Origin: an uncultured Thermococci archaeon
GTDB lineage: Archaea > Methanobacteriota_B > Thermococci > Methanofastidiosales > B48-G16
NCBI GenBank assembly: GCA_964595645.1
Contig: CAZQQT010000003.1
Location: 32,001 to 96,000 of the forward strand
Direction of reading: 5' to 3'
DNA: 64,000 bases
A program made the translations under genes and the position numbers. The notes under the pieces were generated by a model that did not search any database, was not told where the DNA came from, and was given only the letters and a program-made list of their open reading frames with translations. This document shows positions 47,087-63,400 of the stretch, piece after piece. The number at the start of each line of letters is the position of its first letter. The stretch's first letter is position 1.

Positions 47087-48320
47087 GCTCTATTTGTAGC
47101 CTGTCTGTCTCCTCGAGTTCATCCCACCAGTACGTTTTGATGGTGACATCTGCTTTGACGAGTCCTACCTCTTCAGCGTACCAGTGGTACCCTTCTTCTA
47201 TCCACGTCGTTTTTCCCCAGTCTTCGTTGTAGTGTGGCGAGAGGAACTCCACGGTGTGCTTCATATAGTACTTAACCTTCGCACAGCGATAGGTCTCACC
47301 GCCTGCCTCGATCTCCTCGAACTCTTCAGTGTAGATTCGTCGTTCATAGTTCCCTCGTCCTTCCACGTAGCCTGATCCCCCTAACCAACTAAAGCTCTCT
47401 GCATACATGCAAAACGTACCGTTATCGACCTTTTCATCTCCCTGTACAAGGGGGTAGACATTTGGTACTGCACTTCTATATTTCCCTGTACAAAAAGGCC
47501 ATTCTTCCGGTATGGAAGACCATTTGCTGTATATAATCACATATCCACTAAAGAATGCTGTTTTATGACCACCAATTGCAGTGCTTATGATTCCTTGGAG
47601 GTCCCAGTTGCTGCTATAGATGTAGGTGTAATCACCGCGCCAGTATGTGTCATCAGGATTAGTAGTCCACCAGTCGGTCACTCCCCATCTGAACCACGGT
47701 GTTCTCTTTTCTCTATAGGATTGATTGTAGGAGATGGTCGATCCCCACTCGTTGCCGCCGACGGTGATCAGGTAGTTTAGCCGTGTCCCCAGCTCGTACG
47801 CGGGACGATCGATCCTGTTCCGTTCCTCCGGTGGAGCGGTAGGTTGCGGGGTCGTTGGTGGCGCTGTGGTAGGCGCTGCCGTCGTAGTCGGCGCAGCGGT
47901 CGTCGGTGCCGGCGTTTCTTTCGGCGAGACGACAATCGTTTTCGCGAAGTTTCCCGTGGCGATCTCGATGGTCCCCTCATTCTGGAGTTCCACCTGGAAG
48001 TCCACGGTGGTGGTACTTTGTCCGTCCAGCTCAATGTTCTTGGTCTGTGAGCTGTTCCCCACGGTGATGAGGACCGTGTAGCTCCCCGAGGTCTCCCCGG
48101 TGTTCTTCACGTCGACGAGGACGGTCAGCGTGTCGCCTATCGTGGGAGTGGTGGGAGAGACACGGAGGTCCGTGATCTCGAACGCCGCAGGTGCAGTTGT
48201 GGTCGGTGCTGCCGTGGTCGGAGGCGGCGTGGTCGTTTCCGGTTGTGTACCTATACAGCCAGCGAACAATACGATGATCAGTGTGGTTTCTATCAATTTT
48301 TTAATAACAGCGTTTTTCAT
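47064..48320 (-). CDS. Lipoprotein with CARDB-like domain and Thr/Pro linkers
   Basis: LFAGC lipobox; VDVKNTG; PTTTAA repeats. Confidence 0.75.
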   Translation of the reverse strand: MKNAVIKKLIETTLIIVLFAGCIGTQPETTTPPPTTAAPTTTAPAAFEITDLRVSPTTPTIGDTLTVLVDVKNTGETSGSYTVLITVGNSSQTKNIELDGQSTTTVDFQVELQNEGTIEIATGNFAKTIVVSPKETPAPTTAAPTTTAAPTTAPPTTPQPTAPPEERNRIDRPAYELGTRLNYLITVGGNEWGSTISYNQSYREKRTPWFRWGVTDWWTTNPDDTYWRGDYTYIYSSNWDLQGIISTAIGGHKTAFFSGYVIIYSKWSSIPEEWPFCTGKYRSAVPNVYPLVQGDEKVDNGTFCMYAESFSWLGGSGYVEGRGNYERRIYTEEFEEIEAGGETYRCAKVKYYMKHTVEFLSPHYNEDWGKTTWIEEGYHWYAEEVGLVKADVTIKTYWWDELEETDRLQIELTAVILP

Positions 48321-48381
48321 ACTCAATAAACAATACGTTTCTTTACTTATAGTTTTCGGTCTCACAGAGTATACAAATAAA

Positions 48382-49305
48382 CTATATGTACTCAATAGTG
48401 CTTGGAGGCTTCGGTGTGATATCATAAACTACCTTCGTCACTTCAGGAATCGCATCTAGGATTCTATCCCTCACGCTCTCCAATTTTTTCCAGGAGATCT
48501 CGGTAGGAGATGCAGTGAGTGCATCCTTCGATTCTACACATCGTACTGCGATAATATTGCCGAATATACGTTTTCCATCCTTGACACCAGTAGCTCTATC
48601 CGTCAACAATACAGCCAACGTCTGAAAGGGATTTAGCGGCAAGAGTTCTTCTTCCACGATTTTCGTTGCTTTTCTTACCATGGAGACTCGTGCTGGTGTT
48701 ACCTCTCCGATTACCCTGCACGCGAGACCGGGACCAGGGAATGGAATTCTGTTCCATGTCTCCTCAGGAAGTCCAAGCGCCTTTCCTACCTCCCTCACCT
48801 GGTGCTTGTAGATATCCCGTAACGGCTCCACGATGGTCAGTCCATACTCCTTGGGATCGACACCTATCTGTTCCAACACATTGTGCTGTGTTTTGATTCC
48901 TCTCTTTGTCTCCTTAATGTCGGTAGCGATTGTCCCTTGTATCAGATACTCTGCATCGAGTTGTTTCAGTGTCCGTCCCAGTACAGTATAAAACGTGTTT
49001 CTAAAGGCTTTTCTTTTCTCTTCAGGATCTGTAACACCCTGCAAGTTCTCAAAAAATTCGTCTTGTGCGTTGATAAGTATCGTATCAAGGCCGTTATCCT
49101 CAAAGAATGACTTCACCTCTTCAGCTTCGTTTTCCCGCATTAATCCATCGTCAATAAATACTACAGTTAGATCTTCCAGTACAGTGTGCGCGAGAAATGT
49201 GCATACAGTACTATCTACTCCACCTGAGGCAGCAATTACGGTCTTTCCTTCTATCTCTTCTAGTTCTTGTTTTTTCTTTTCAATATACGACTCTGCGTCA
49301 AACAT
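48382..49305 (-). CDS. guaAB: GMP synthase subunit B (ATPPase)
   Basis: SGGVDS, DPEEKRK, IKTQHNV, PFPGPGL, YDITPKPPSTIEY. Confidence 0.95.
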   Translation of the reverse strand: MFDAESYIEKKKQELEEIEGKTVIAASGGVDSTVCTFLAHTVLEDLTVVFIDDGLMRENEAEEVKSFFEDNGLDTILINAQDEFFENLQGVTDPEEKRKAFRNTFYTVLGRTLKQLDAEYLIQGTIATDIKETKRGIKTQHNVLEQIGVDPKEYGLTIVEPLRDIYKHQVREVGKALGLPEETWNRIPFPGPGLACRVIGEVTPARVSMVRKATKIVEEELLPLNPFQTLAVLLTDRATGVKDGKRIFGNIIAVRCVESKDALTASPTEISWKKLESVRDRILDAIPEVTKVVYDITPKPPSTIEYI

Positions 49306-49379
49306 GCATTCTTTTCGTTGTGAAGGTTTAAAATCCTTTTGCGGGAAACAATTATAAACCGTGACTACTACTTACGAAC

Positions 49380-50396
49380 ATGAGTGACAAATTGTTTGTT
49401 CGCGCTGGAAAAACGATTGTCGAGACGTGTTCACGACTTATGCCCTCAGAACATGTGGTAATCGTCACCGATGAAGAAACAAAGAAAATTGGAAAGACTG
49501 TTGCTGTTCAAGCGGAAAAAATTGCAGATAACGTGAGTGTACATGTGTTGGAGGAATATGGAGACCGTCCTCTCTCCACCTTACCCAAGCCAATAGAAAG
49601 GGATGTGAAGGAGGGAGACGTCACCTACTTCGCTGCTCAATCGAAAGAGGGAGAGTTACCACAGTTTAGACGGCCGTTAATTGAACTGGCCACCGAGTAT
49701 GGAAGGGAGATACATATGCCCAACATCGATGAGACCATCGTGAAAACAGGATTACAGGCAGATTACTATACGATTGCATCGTTGACATACCGTATTGCAG
49801 GCATGGCGGTTCGTGCGAAAACGGTACGGGTTACTACACCTGCAGGAACTGATATTACAGCTACATTTTCGCCCAACCTAAAATGGGTTCCCGACACGGG
49901 TCTTTTATGGTATCGGGGGATGTTTGGTAACCTGCCTGCAGGAGAAGTCTTTACCTGTCCGAAGAGCGTTGAGGGCACGATGATAGTAGATGGTATTCTT
50001 GGCGATTTTTTCAACGAGAAATATGGAACCCTCGGGGACACACCACTCACTATTCCACTCCACAAAGGGAGAGCAAAAGTAGAGGATATCACATGTGAAA
50101 ATGATCAACTGCTGAATGAGTTCCAACAGTACCTCACCGAGGACGAGCACGCTAATAGAGTGGGTGAATTCGCCTGTGGGACGAACACAGCACTTGATTC
50201 TTTGGTAAGTAATCTCCTCCAGGATGAGAAGTTCCCAGGAATCCATCTTGCCTTTGGATACCCATATCCTAAGAAGACAGGCGCTAACTGGGAATCAGGA
50301 GGGCATGTGGACGGTATTCTCAAGGACTGCTCTGTATGGTTTGACGACGTACAGATTATGGAGGATGGAGCGTTTATCATAGAAGAGGGGTTCTAA
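49380..50396 (+). CDS. M29 aminopeptidase (AmpS/aminopeptidase T-like)
   Basis: NLPAGEVF, GEFACGTN, QDEK, HLAFG, HVD. Confidence 0.88.
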   Translation: MSDKLFVRAGKTIVETCSRLMPSEHVVIVTDEETKKIGKTVAVQAEKIADNVSVHVLEEYGDRPLSTLPKPIERDVKEGDVTYFAAQSKEGELPQFRRPLIELATEYGREIHMPNIDETIVKTGLQADYYTIASLTYRIAGMAVRAKTVRVTTPAGTDITATFSPNLKWVPDTGLLWYRGMFGNLPAGEVFTCPKSVEGTMIVDGILGDFFNEKYGTLGDTPLTIPLHKGRAKVEDITCENDQLLNEFQQYLTEDEHANRVGEFACGTNTALDSLVSNLLQDEKFPGIHLAFGYPYPKKTGANWESGGHVDGILKDCSVWFDDVQIMEDGAFIIEEGF

Positions 50397-50419
50397 GAAA
50401 GAATAGAAAGGGAAAAAAA

Positions 50420-52525
50420 TTAGGAGATAAATTCCTCTGTCCATTTGGGGAGTGGAGGCTTAGCCATCTGCTGCCACTGTTCATCGGTGAGTCTGTCGTC
50501 CATTGGCCATTTAAACTCGTAGTAGGAAAACACTGGTCCCTCCGTTAAATACGTCCTTCCTTCGTTCTGAACGACTGCATAGAGTCTGAATACGTTTCCA
50601 ACAGCTTCCTCGAGAACTTTTCCAGTATTGGTATCCGTGTGAACGTCTGCAACTATCTCTACAGACTCATCCGTTTCTGATTCTTCCGCTGTTTCGAAGG
50701 TGCAGAGTGTTTCTATCGTGTCGCCAATATTCCATATTGTTCGGTATTCTTCTTCGGTGAGAGATTTATTCTCGAGTTCTTTTTCAGCGATTGTTTTTAA
50801 TGAGAGCAGCAAACTCTCTAAATTCTGGAGTTTTGTTTTGTACTCGTCGAGGAGCAGTCCTCGTGTTTCTAACCCTTGTCGGGTCATTTTGGTAAGAGAT
50901 GCGAGCCGTGCATAGACATGAGGCTGTGGTTCCACATACCCCTTTGTCAGTTCCGGTGGCGTGGGTATCGACGTGGCTTTTATTGTGTAGCTCTGTTTTG
51001 CGTAGAGTATCGTATCATGCCGCAGTTCTGTCCATGAACCCAGCGCAGTGAACAATTGTTTTCGTGTCCACGCAGTATTCTGCATAAACTCTGGGTATCC
51101 TTTCTCTTTCTCCTCAAGCAATGGACGCAGGCTGTAGAGCCAGCTCCAGTAGAGATTCTGTGTCCAGTCCTTCTCATTGAGCGAGTGAAACTCATTTTGT
51201 AGTTTTTCCATCTGTTTGTCGTAGTTGTTATACTCTGTGTCTCCTTCCTCTTCTAGGATGTTCAACGCCTCCTCCGAGTCCAAGACTGCGAGCACATCCA
51301 GTCCACGTGGAAATCCACGGATGGGTCCTGCCTGTGATGGCACAAGAGTAAAGGGTTCATTATTCCCTTGGTACTGTAAGACTTTATCGTATACCAACTG
51401 TTGGAAGATGTAGGAGTCTGGAATAAACCGCTGCCCCATAAATCTGAATCCTTTGGTCACTTCTTCAGATTTTTCCACATCGTAGACAAAGGACGACGTG
51501 ATTCGTGGATCTCGGCATGTTTTTGCTATGGATATGAACTCATCCAATTTCTCATCAATATCTGTGATAGTATCCCCGTAGACTTCTTTTATCATGGCCT
51601 TGTATTCATAGACGTTGAGATCGTCAGTTTTTCCAACAAAAAACACTGTTGGATCGTAGATTTTTTCCCAAAGTTTCATATCTTCCTCGTTCATTGCATT
51701 TACAATGAGTATCGCTTGTCTTGTTTCTTCTCGTCCCTTTTCTTTTGCTTCAGGAGTCTTACCAGGCTCTAATCTGAACATCATCCGTCCGTACCACATC
51801 ATTGCCTTGAAGTATTGTTTTAATTCTTCTGAGCGAGTATAATGTCCTCGTGGAACATACTGCGAGTAATCTCCTTTGTACTCGAAGATAGGTGATTTTG
51901 CGAAGCCCTCGTGTGATTGTATCAATGAAAGTTCCAGTTCCACTTCTGCAGCCACAATATCCGAGACATTATATGAGTCATCCAGCAGTTTCATAGCCAC
52001 TGAGAAATAGGCGAGATTTTTTTGTGCTGCTTCTTTTATTGTCCCTTCAGAAGTTTTGTACTGTTCTATCGATGCGTCAATCATTGATTTTGTCAGTGTT
52101 TGTAGATCTTCTGTGAATTTTTCCGTTTCGAGAATTCTCAGTGTATAATCGTAGAGAATGTGGTATGTGTGGAGCATGGAGTCTGTGGTGACGAATATAG
52201 GAACATTATTTTTTTTGCATCGTGTATAGATATCATAGAACTGTTTCTCATTGCTGGGAACAACAACAAATCCATTCTCATTTAAAACGTTCTTCTGTTC
52301 TTCCGTAAGCGAAAATTTTTCTATATTCTCAGGTGTAAACTCGTATGTGTCTACTTGAGGTGTAATATCTATAGCGTACTGTTCATATGGAGCGAACCCC
52401 TGTTCCACAACTATCTCTCCTGGTTTCAATGGTGTTTTTTCTGGGGTTTCTGTAGATTTTTCTCCTTCCGAGACACACCCGGAAAGTAGTATTCCTGTTA
52501 TCACTAATAGCGCTATCTTTTTCAT
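50420..52525 (-). CDS. DUF3160 family lipoprotein
   Basis: LSGC lipobox; DYSQYVPRGHY, WTELRHDTILYAKQ, RLTDEQW. Confidence 0.85.
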   Translation of the reverse strand: MKKIALLVITGILLSGCVSEGEKSTETPEKTPLKPGEIVVEQGFAPYEQYAIDITPQVDTYEFTPENIEKFSLTEEQKNVLNENGFVVVPSNEKQFYDIYTRCKKNNVPIFVTTDSMLHTYHILYDYTLRILETEKFTEDLQTLTKSMIDASIEQYKTSEGTIKEAAQKNLAYFSVAMKLLDDSYNVSDIVAAEVELELSLIQSHEGFAKSPIFEYKGDYSQYVPRGHYTRSEELKQYFKAMMWYGRMMFRLEPGKTPEAKEKGREETRQAILIVNAMNEEDMKLWEKIYDPTVFFVGKTDDLNVYEYKAMIKEVYGDTITDIDEKLDEFISIAKTCRDPRITSSFVYDVEKSEEVTKGFRFMGQRFIPDSYIFQQLVYDKVLQYQGNNEPFTLVPSQAGPIRGFPRGLDVLAVLDSEEALNILEEEGDTEYNNYDKQMEKLQNEFHSLNEKDWTQNLYWSWLYSLRPLLEEKEKGYPEFMQNTAWTRKQLFTALGSWTELRHDTILYAKQSYTIKATSIPTPPELTKGYVEPQPHVYARLASLTKMTRQGLETRGLLLDEYKTKLQNLESLLLSLKTIAEKELENKSLTEEEYRTIWNIGDTIETLCTFETAEESETDESVEIVADVHTDTNTGKVLEEAVGNVFRLYAVVQNEGRTYLTEGPVFSYYEFKWPMDDRLTDEQWQQMAKPPLPKWTEEFIS

Positions 52526-52636
52526 ACTATCCTCATTTACATCAAAATATAAAAAGGTTTCTATAAGCTTCAATATATATTGAAGTTAAAAGTACCAATA
52601 CATTTGGGCAAAGAAGAGAAAAAATAAATAAAAGGG

Positions 52637-54829
52637 TTAACTAAAATCTGACGGTTTTGGTGGTTCCGGTTTCAGGCCTTTCCTCTCTCGCACCTGACGC
52701 ACTACTTCGGCCTGAAGGTTCTTTGGCATCTTCTCGAATCCGAGCTGTTCAGTTGTCCAGAGAGCTCTCCCCTCCGTTGCCGAACGTATATCGCTTGAGA
52801 ATCCAAACATTTCTGCCACAGGAGTTTTTGCAATTACTGTTGTAAGCTCTTCCTTCTGTTCCATGTCCAGAATCTGTCCTCTTTTCTGCTGGAGGAGTCG
52901 GGTGACAGTACCCATGTACGTATCCGGTACGGTCACAAAGACCTTCTGTACCGGTTCATAAAGCGAAACATCTGCCAGAAGCATTGCTGTGTACAACGCG
53001 CTTCTCACTGCAGGAATCACCTGTGCAGGTCCTCGATGGATTGCATCTTCATGGAGTTTGGTGTCTTGGAGTTTTACCTTCAACTTGATGGCGGGCTCGT
53101 TTGCCAGAACGCTATGATCCATTACATTGTGGAATGCTTCAAGAACGAGGTCTCTTACCTCACCCATATGCACGATACCCCGGGTCATATTCAAATAAAT
53201 GTTCCCCTGATACACATCTTCAACGTTTTTCGCTTCGTTTTTATCCATCCCCAGCTCTCTCAGTTTTTGTGCAATATCTTTCCCCTTTACTTTTCCTTCA
53301 GGGATCTCTTCGTTCTTTATCGCGTTATAAATCTCATCTTCCAGAGTTTCTACGGTAACATAAAACCTGTTGTGTTTGTTAGGCGACTTTCCTTCGATTT
53401 CCGGAGATCCTTTCTCTACACCCTCCCGATACACAACAATGGGCTCTGATGTTCTTATTAGAACTCCTTTTTTATGGACGATTCTGTGGGCTACTACCTC
53501 TAAATGTAGCTCACCCATTCCAGCGAGTAGATATTCTCCTGTTTCTTCATCTATCGTTGCTTTCAACGTGGGGTCTTCCTTCGCAACCTGCTTCATGACT
53601 TCAATGAGTTTGGGAAGATCCTGCGCATTTTCAGGCTCTATCGCTTGTGTCACCACAGGTTCGGAGTAATGTTTTATTGCTTCAAAGGGATGTATCGGTT
53701 CTTTGGTATCACAGATTGTTTCTCCAGCGATTGCCTCTTTTAATCCTGTAATCGCAACCATATTGCCAGCTGGAACTTCCTCTACGTTTTTTCTGTCTGC
53801 CCCCATGAAAATTCCTACTTGTTGAGCTCTTCTTTTCGTCTTTGCTCCTACTATCCATACCTCATCCCCAGGCTTTATTTTTCCGGAGAATATTCGTCCA
53901 GTGGCAACATCGCCGGCGTGTGGATCTGCAATGATCTTTGTCACTACCATTGCCAGTGGGCCGTCGTCGTCACATTCCACCATCGCTTTTCCAACCTTCG
54001 ACTCAATATCTCCCTTCCATATCCTGGGGAGTCTGTACTCCTGAGCAACCAATGGTGAGGGGAGATGTTTTATCACTGTATCAAGCACTATCTGATGTAT
54101 CGGTGCCTTTTTCGCAAGTTCCTTTTCTTTTTCTTCTTTGGTGTAGTTAATGATATCAGCAAAACTCACACCTGTTTCTTTCATTCTAGGGACAGAAATC
54201 GCCCAGTTATAGTACGCGGAACCAAAAGCAACGCTCCCATCATTGACACTGACTTGCCAGTTCTCTTTTCTTCCTTTAGGCGCTGCCTGCTTTATTAACT
54301 TATTTACCTCCCTGATAATTTTTGCAAATCTTTTTTGCATTTCATCAGGAGTCAACTGAAGCTCGTTTATAAGTCTATCAACTTTGTTGATAAAGAGGAC
54401 TGGTTTTACACCTTCCTTTAATGCCTGTCTCACGACAGTCTCTGTCTGCGGCATTTTTCCTTCCACAGCACAGACAACGATGATACATCCATCAATAGCC
54501 CTCATTGCCCGGGTCACGTCCCCTCCAAAATCCACATGCCCCGGCGTGTCTATCAGGTTAATAAGGTAGTCTTTCTCATCGTACTTGTGTGCAAGCGATA
54601 TGTTTGCAGCATCAATGGTAATACCTCTGTCCTGCTCCTGTTCATCGAAATCAAGCGCTAACTGTTTTCCTGCAAGCTCCTCGGACATTAATCCTGCCCC
54701 TGCGAGCAAGTTATCCGAAAGGGTGGTCTTCCCATGATCTATATGAGCTGCAATACCTATATTTCTAATATATTCTGGATTGTACATTAATTTATTGGCT
54801 AATTTGGCCATTTGTTCTTTTCTTCCCAT
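52637..54829 (-). CDS. fusA: Elongation factor EF-2
   Basis: [26 protein letters not shown] diphthamide loop. Confidence 0.98.
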   Translation of the reverse strand: MGRKEQMAKLANKLMYNPEYIRNIGIAAHIDHGKTTLSDNLLAGAGLMSEELAGKQLALDFDEQEQDRGITIDAANISLAHKYDEKDYLINLIDTPGHVDFGGDVTRAMRAIDGCIIVVCAVEGKMPQTETVVRQALKEGVKPVLFINKVDRLINELQLTPDEMQKRFAKIIREVNKLIKQAAPKGRKENWQVSVNDGSVAFGSAYYNWAISVPRMKETGVSFADIINYTKEEKEKELAKKAPIHQIVLDTVIKHLPSPLVAQEYRLPRIWKGDIESKVGKAMVECDDDGPLAMVVTKIIADPHAGDVATGRIFSGKIKPGDEVWIVGAKTKRRAQQVGIFMGADRKNVEEVPAGNMVAITGLKEAIAGETICDTKEPIHPFEAIKHYSEPVVTQAIEPENAQDLPKLIEVMKQVAKEDPTLKATIDEETGEYLLAGMGELHLEVVAHRIVHKKGVLIRTSEPIVVYREGVEKGSPEIEGKSPNKHNRFYVTVETLEDEIYNAIKNEEIPEGKVKGKDIAQKLRELGMDKNEAKNVEDVYQGNIYLNMTRGIVHMGEVRDLVLEAFHNVMDHSVLANEPAIKLKVKLQDTKLHEDAIHRGPAQVIPAVRSALYTAMLLADVSLYEPVQKVFVTVPDTYMGTVTRLLQQKRGQILDMEQKEELTTVIAKTPVAEMFGFSSDIRSATEGRALWTTEQLGFEKMPKNLQAEVVRQVRERKGLKPEPPKPSDFS

Positions 54830-54834
54830 GTAAC

Positions 54835-55452
54835 TCACCTTGCTGACTTTGCAATTCTTTCTACATCCTCTCTTTTATTCACAGCAGTGCTCTTCATGTC
54901 GTGGTTTGAGGCAAGGATGATCTCCTCTGCAAGTGCTTCTGCAAACGATTGTTTGGAGTCAAACGCCTTTAAACTTGCTCCAAGAGCTATGTACTTAAGT
55001 GCAAAATCCAATCTTCTCTGCGGTGCTGTATCTACAGCCACATGATAACTCACACCACCATAGGATATCGTCGTCGTTTCTTCCATTGGCGCAGCGTTTT
55101 CGAGTGCTCTTACTAGTATCTCGAGAGGTTTTTTCTCTGTTCTCTTATGTATAACGTCAAATGCTTCTTTTAGTGTCTTATACACTTTTGTTTTTTTACC
55201 AGAATTGCCTCCCTGTCTTCGTAGGATTCTCCCCCCAACTTTCTTTTTTGCTGTTCCTGTTCTCATTAATTTATTCATGAGCCTCTCTACAATATTAATA
55301 TTCGCTTTTCCAAATCTTTTTTGTTGATATCTACCGCTTGAATGCGGAATGTAAATAGGATCTAAATTAATATACTTTTTAAGTCCGTGATCTTTTATTT
55401 CTACGTCATATTCCCATTTATTAAAAAGTTTCTCGTTCAACTTTTTTTCCAT
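54835..55452 (-). CDS. rps7: 30S ribosomal protein S7
   Basis: [23 protein letters not shown]. Confidence 0.97.
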   Translation of the reverse strand: MEKKLNEKLFNKWEYDVEIKDHGLKKYINLDPIYIPHSSGRYQQKRFGKANINIVERLMNKLMRTGTAKKKVGGRILRRQGGNSGKKTKVYKTLKEAFDVIHKRTEKKPLEILVRALENAAPMEETTTISYGGVSYHVAVDTAPQRRLDFALKYIALGASLKAFDSKQSFAEALAEEIILASNHDMKSTAVNKREDVERIAKSAR

Positions 55453-55456
55453 CGAA

Positions 55457-55894
55457 TCACCGTATCGGTTTCTCCTTCTTTCCGGCGACCATCTCGCTCA
55501 ATGCCACTCGATTGACCTTGATGACTTTAAACCTGACACCCGGAATGTCTCCCATCGATCGTCCTTTTCTTCCGCCTATGCCCTCAATGACAACCTCATC
55601 ATGTTCGTCTATGAAATTTATTGCTCCATCACCTGGACAGAAGGCTGTCACCTGTCGTCCGTTTTTTATCAACTGAACTCTCACACATTTACGGATAGCA
55701 GAGTTGGGTTGCTTCGCTTCGACGGGCACTTTTTCGAGAACAATTCCACGCGCCTGAGGCGCCTTTTCTAGTGGATCGGTTTTTTTTTCCAGTCCTAAAG
55801 CTCTTCTTTTAAAATCTATATCTTGCCATCTAAGTTTCTTTCTCTTCTTTTTGAGGGTTCTACCTGCGAATTCTCCTCGTGCGCCTTTACTCAT
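55457..55894 (-). CDS. rps12: 30S ribosomal protein S12
   Basis: [21 protein letters not shown]. Confidence 0.98.
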   Translation of the reverse strand: MSKGARGEFAGRTLKKKRKKLRWQDIDFKRRALGLEKKTDPLEKAPQARGIVLEKVPVEAKQPNSAIRKCVRVQLIKNGRQVTAFCPGDGAINFIDEHDEVVIEGIGGRKGRSMGDIPGVRFKVIKVNRVALSEMVAGKKEKPIR

Positions 55895-55905
55895 GATTAT
55901 TCACC

Positions 55906-56328
55906 TCATTTTATTTGAACATCTGTTATATCATAATGTCTGTTGAGTAACGATCTTATTCTTTTTATATTTTTGCCAGACTTTCCTATTACAAGGCCTT
56001 TTTTTTCTCGTGGTACTTCTATTGTTGCTACCCTTTTATTGTTTTTCTTAGAAATAACGAATGAATTCAACGTTATAGGTCTCAACATATTCTTTATAAA
56101 CTCTTCGGGATCATCGGTGTATCCCACAACCTCTATATCTTTCCCTGACATCTTGGACATTCTTTTTATATTGGATCCTTTTCTACCTATGGCCAGTCCA
56201 ACATCTTTTTCTTCTACAACAAACGTGAGTTTGTCGTCCCCCTTAAGACAATCAATCACATTTGCCCCAGTTATGTTTTCAAAGATGTTTATGCACTTTA
56301 TCTCTTCCGTTCCGAGTTTTAATCCCAT
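55906..56328 (-). CDS. nusA: NusA-like KH-domain protein
   Basis: AIGRKG, VIGKSG KH motifs; conserved position. Confidence 0.93.
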   Translation of the reverse strand: MGLKLGTEEIKCINIFENITGANVIDCLKGDDKLTFVVEEKDVGLAIGRKGSNIKRMSKMSGKDIEVVGYTDDPEEFIKNMLRPITLNSFVISKKNNKRVATIEVPREKKGLVIGKSGKNIKRIRSLLNRHYDITDVQIK

Positions 56329-56336
56329 TATTACAC

Positions 56337-56636
56337 CTAAATGGAGTCGACTGAGAGTATATTTGACTCTCCTTGGTCTATTACAGCGATAGTTGAGATC
56401 ACATATGGTTTCCCTACTGCAGTTCCCAGCTCTATCGACGAGCCTTTGAACATGAAATACGGAGTTTCCAAAAGATCACAGTAATACTTTATGTCTTCGA
56501 TAGTCCCTTTTTGGATGTTTTCTGCGTATATAATAAGTTTTACCTTTTCGTTTTTTAAAGCTTTTAAAGACTCTTCCGTTCCTATCAGGACCTTTCCTGT
56601 CTGTGCTGTTTTTCTTATTTCCTGTGCTACATCCAT
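56337..56636 (-). CDS. rpl30e: 50S ribosomal protein L30e
   Basis: TGKVLIG, ELGTAVGKP, DQGESNI. Confidence 0.96.
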   Translation of the reverse strand: MDVAQEIRKTAQTGKVLIGTEESLKALKNEKVKLIIYAENIQKGTIEDIKYYCDLLETPYFMFKGSSIELGTAVGKPYVISTIAVIDQGESNILSVDSI

Positions 56637-56638
56637 AT

Positions 56639-60453
<3,815 letters not shown>

Positions 60454-60457
60454 GATA

Positions 60458-63400
60458 TTACACCTTCTCCTTTAAAATAAAGCGGGGATCCAGACCCATA
60501 GCCTCCATCTCCTTGATTAATAGTACAAAAGCATAGGAAAGTTTCACTTTATAAATTGCTGTGTTATCTTCACAGAGTGGGCAGTACCTTTTGTTCTTTA
60601 TCGCATCGTATACAGCGACGCTTCCACAGTTCTCACAGACGAGAATAGACGTCTTGTCAGATGCATCGAGAAGTCGCTCTTGGAGTAGCATCGACGCGCC
60701 ATGACCCACGAGACAGTCTCTTTCCATTTCTCCAAATCGTAGACCTCCTTCTCGTGCCTTTCCTTCTGTTGGCTGTCGTGTGAGCATCTGTCTCGGTCCC
60801 CGTGGACGGGAGTGGAGTTTATCTCCAACCATATGGTGGAGTTTCTGATAGTATGCAGGACTTATAAATATGCCTGCCTCGATTATTTCACCTGTATAAC
60901 CGTTATATAATATTTCTTTTCCAGTATTCTTAAATCCAAGCTCTTTCAGGGATTTTCTTAGGATTTCTTCTTTTTCACTATCGAATGCTGTACCATCCAC
61001 TTTTCTACCTTTCATCGCTCCCACTTTGGATCCTATCATCTCGAGAATCTGTCCTATTGTTTTTCGCGAGGGAATTGCGTGTGGATTTATAATGAGATCA
61101 GGGACAATTCCCTGCTCTGTGAAGGGCATATCTTCCTGGGGGAGGATGAATCCAATAACACCCTTCTGACCATGTCGTGAGGAGAATTTGTCTCCAAGTT
61201 CTGGGATTCTCTCCGTTCTCACCCTCACTTTAGCAAGTTTATTCCCATCTTCGTTATCTGTGAGCAGGGCAAAGTCTACAGTTCCTGATTCATTGGGTCG
61301 TAGGTCCTCTGAGGACTCTATTCTCCCGGCCATCTCTGTACCGAACTCATCCAGTTCTTTCAGGAATCGTGGAGGGCTTGTTCTTCCGACGAGAACATCT
61401 CCTCCTCCTACATCTGACTCTAGCCTCACTATGCCATCTTCATCGAGACTTCTGTAGGGTTCTGGACCTCTGTACCCCTTTGTTGTTTCTGCCGGAACTT
61501 CAAAGGCATCTACCTGACCCCCGGGATACCTTCGTTCTTCGCAAGTATATGTCCTGAAAAACGTGGATCGTGCAAGTCCCCGCTCGACGGATCCCTTGTT
61601 GATGATAAGGGCATCCTCAATGTTATACCCTGTGTAGGAGAGCACAGCCACTATGAAATTTTCCCCTGCAGGCCGTTTATCATAGTTTATCGCATCCGAA
61701 ACCTTTGTTTTTACAATTGGTTTCTGCGGGTAGTGCAGAAGATGTCCTCTGGTGTCAACTCGCCAATTATAATTTGAAAGGCCAAATCCTAAGCTCTGTT
61801 TAAACATACCTGCAGCTGTGGAATTTCGAGGTGCAGCGTTATGCTCAGGGAAGGGCACCATACCTGCGCAGACTCCTAGGATGGTAGGAGGGTATACTTC
61901 CATGTGTGTATGATCTGAATTGACTTCCTTCCTATTGATAGCGATGTAAGCATTCTCTTCCTCCTCGGAGTCTATATACTCGATAATTCCTCGTTCTACG
62001 AGATCGCTCCAGGAGAGCTCTCGATCTTTTATTTTATCGATATGATTTTTTGTGAGCTTTGGTTTTCCATCGTCCACTACAACCAATGGCCTTCGAGCTC
62101 TTGCACCATCACAGTTTATTTGGACTTCATTTATGTTATCATAGTACACAACATTAATATTATGAGAAATTTTTCCTTTCCTTCTATCTTTTCTAATATT
62201 TTCTGCCAAAGTCTCTCCATTCTCTGCTGTGCCCACGAGATTACCGTTTAAATAGACATATGCATTGACCTCTGGGCCTTCTGCTTTCTCTATTTTTCGG
62301 ATTTTAAGATTTTTATAGAGGTACTCCTTTACCTCTTCTTCATCAACACCGATAGAAACGGATGCCATTAATGCCATATTTTTTACGAGGCCACAGTTCG
62401 GACCATCCGGTGTTTCGTTTGGGCATATTCTGCCCCAGTGTGTGGCATGTAGGTCTCTCGCTTCGAAATGAGACTGACTTCGGCTGAGTGGGGACACAAC
62501 TCTTCTCAAATGAGAAAGAACAGCTACATAATTTACAGCGTCCATCAGCTGACTTACGCCCGTCCTTCCACCGGGCCACGCACCTGTAGCCATGGCGTGT
62601 CTAATTCGTTCTGTGAGCACATCTGCCCGCACGGATTTTCTCACGAACTCTTCCTCTTTCCCTTTTTCATACCTGCCTCGGGAGTGCGTTCGTTCAAGCT
62701 GATACTTTATGTCTCTATTCAGTTGTTTAAAGGATAATCTAAAAAGATCTTTTAACAGCTCTCCTGCAAGTTTCCATCTTTTATTCGCGTAATGATCTTT
62801 ATCGTCCACATCTCTAATACCTAGAGACAATTCTATAGATCTAGAGGCCATTATTCCTAAATAATACGCTTTTCTTATTCTATCTTCAGGTTCTACGCCG
62901 ATATGGGGAAGCAAGTATCTATCCACGGTGTTTTTTGCTCTTTTCAGTCTGTATTCCTTTATTTGTCCGACAGCAACCTTCTTTCCAATAACATCCAGTG
63001 CTCCTTCTTGATCGATGATATCCATTCCTTCCTCCAGGTTATCGAGTAGCTCCTTCTGTATTGTTTCATTTCCAGACACAGCGTTGACAATATTCATGTC
63101 CTTTTCCAATCCTAATGCTTTCATAAGAGTCACAAAGGGTACAGCACCCGGAACGCCCGGAAATGAAACTCGAAGTAATCCATCCCGTTTCCTTTCGACA
63201 CTTATCAGGGACCTAAAGCCATGTCGTGTGGAGAAAACCTTTGCAATACAACTTCTTTTCCTTGTATCTTCTTCCACAAGTATCCTATTTGGAGCGAGAT
63301 CCTCTATGGCGACGATCACTCTTTCGGACCCGTTAATAATGAAGTATCCTCCTGGATCGATTGGATCTTCCTTTTGATGGATGAGTTCTTCTCTGTCCAT

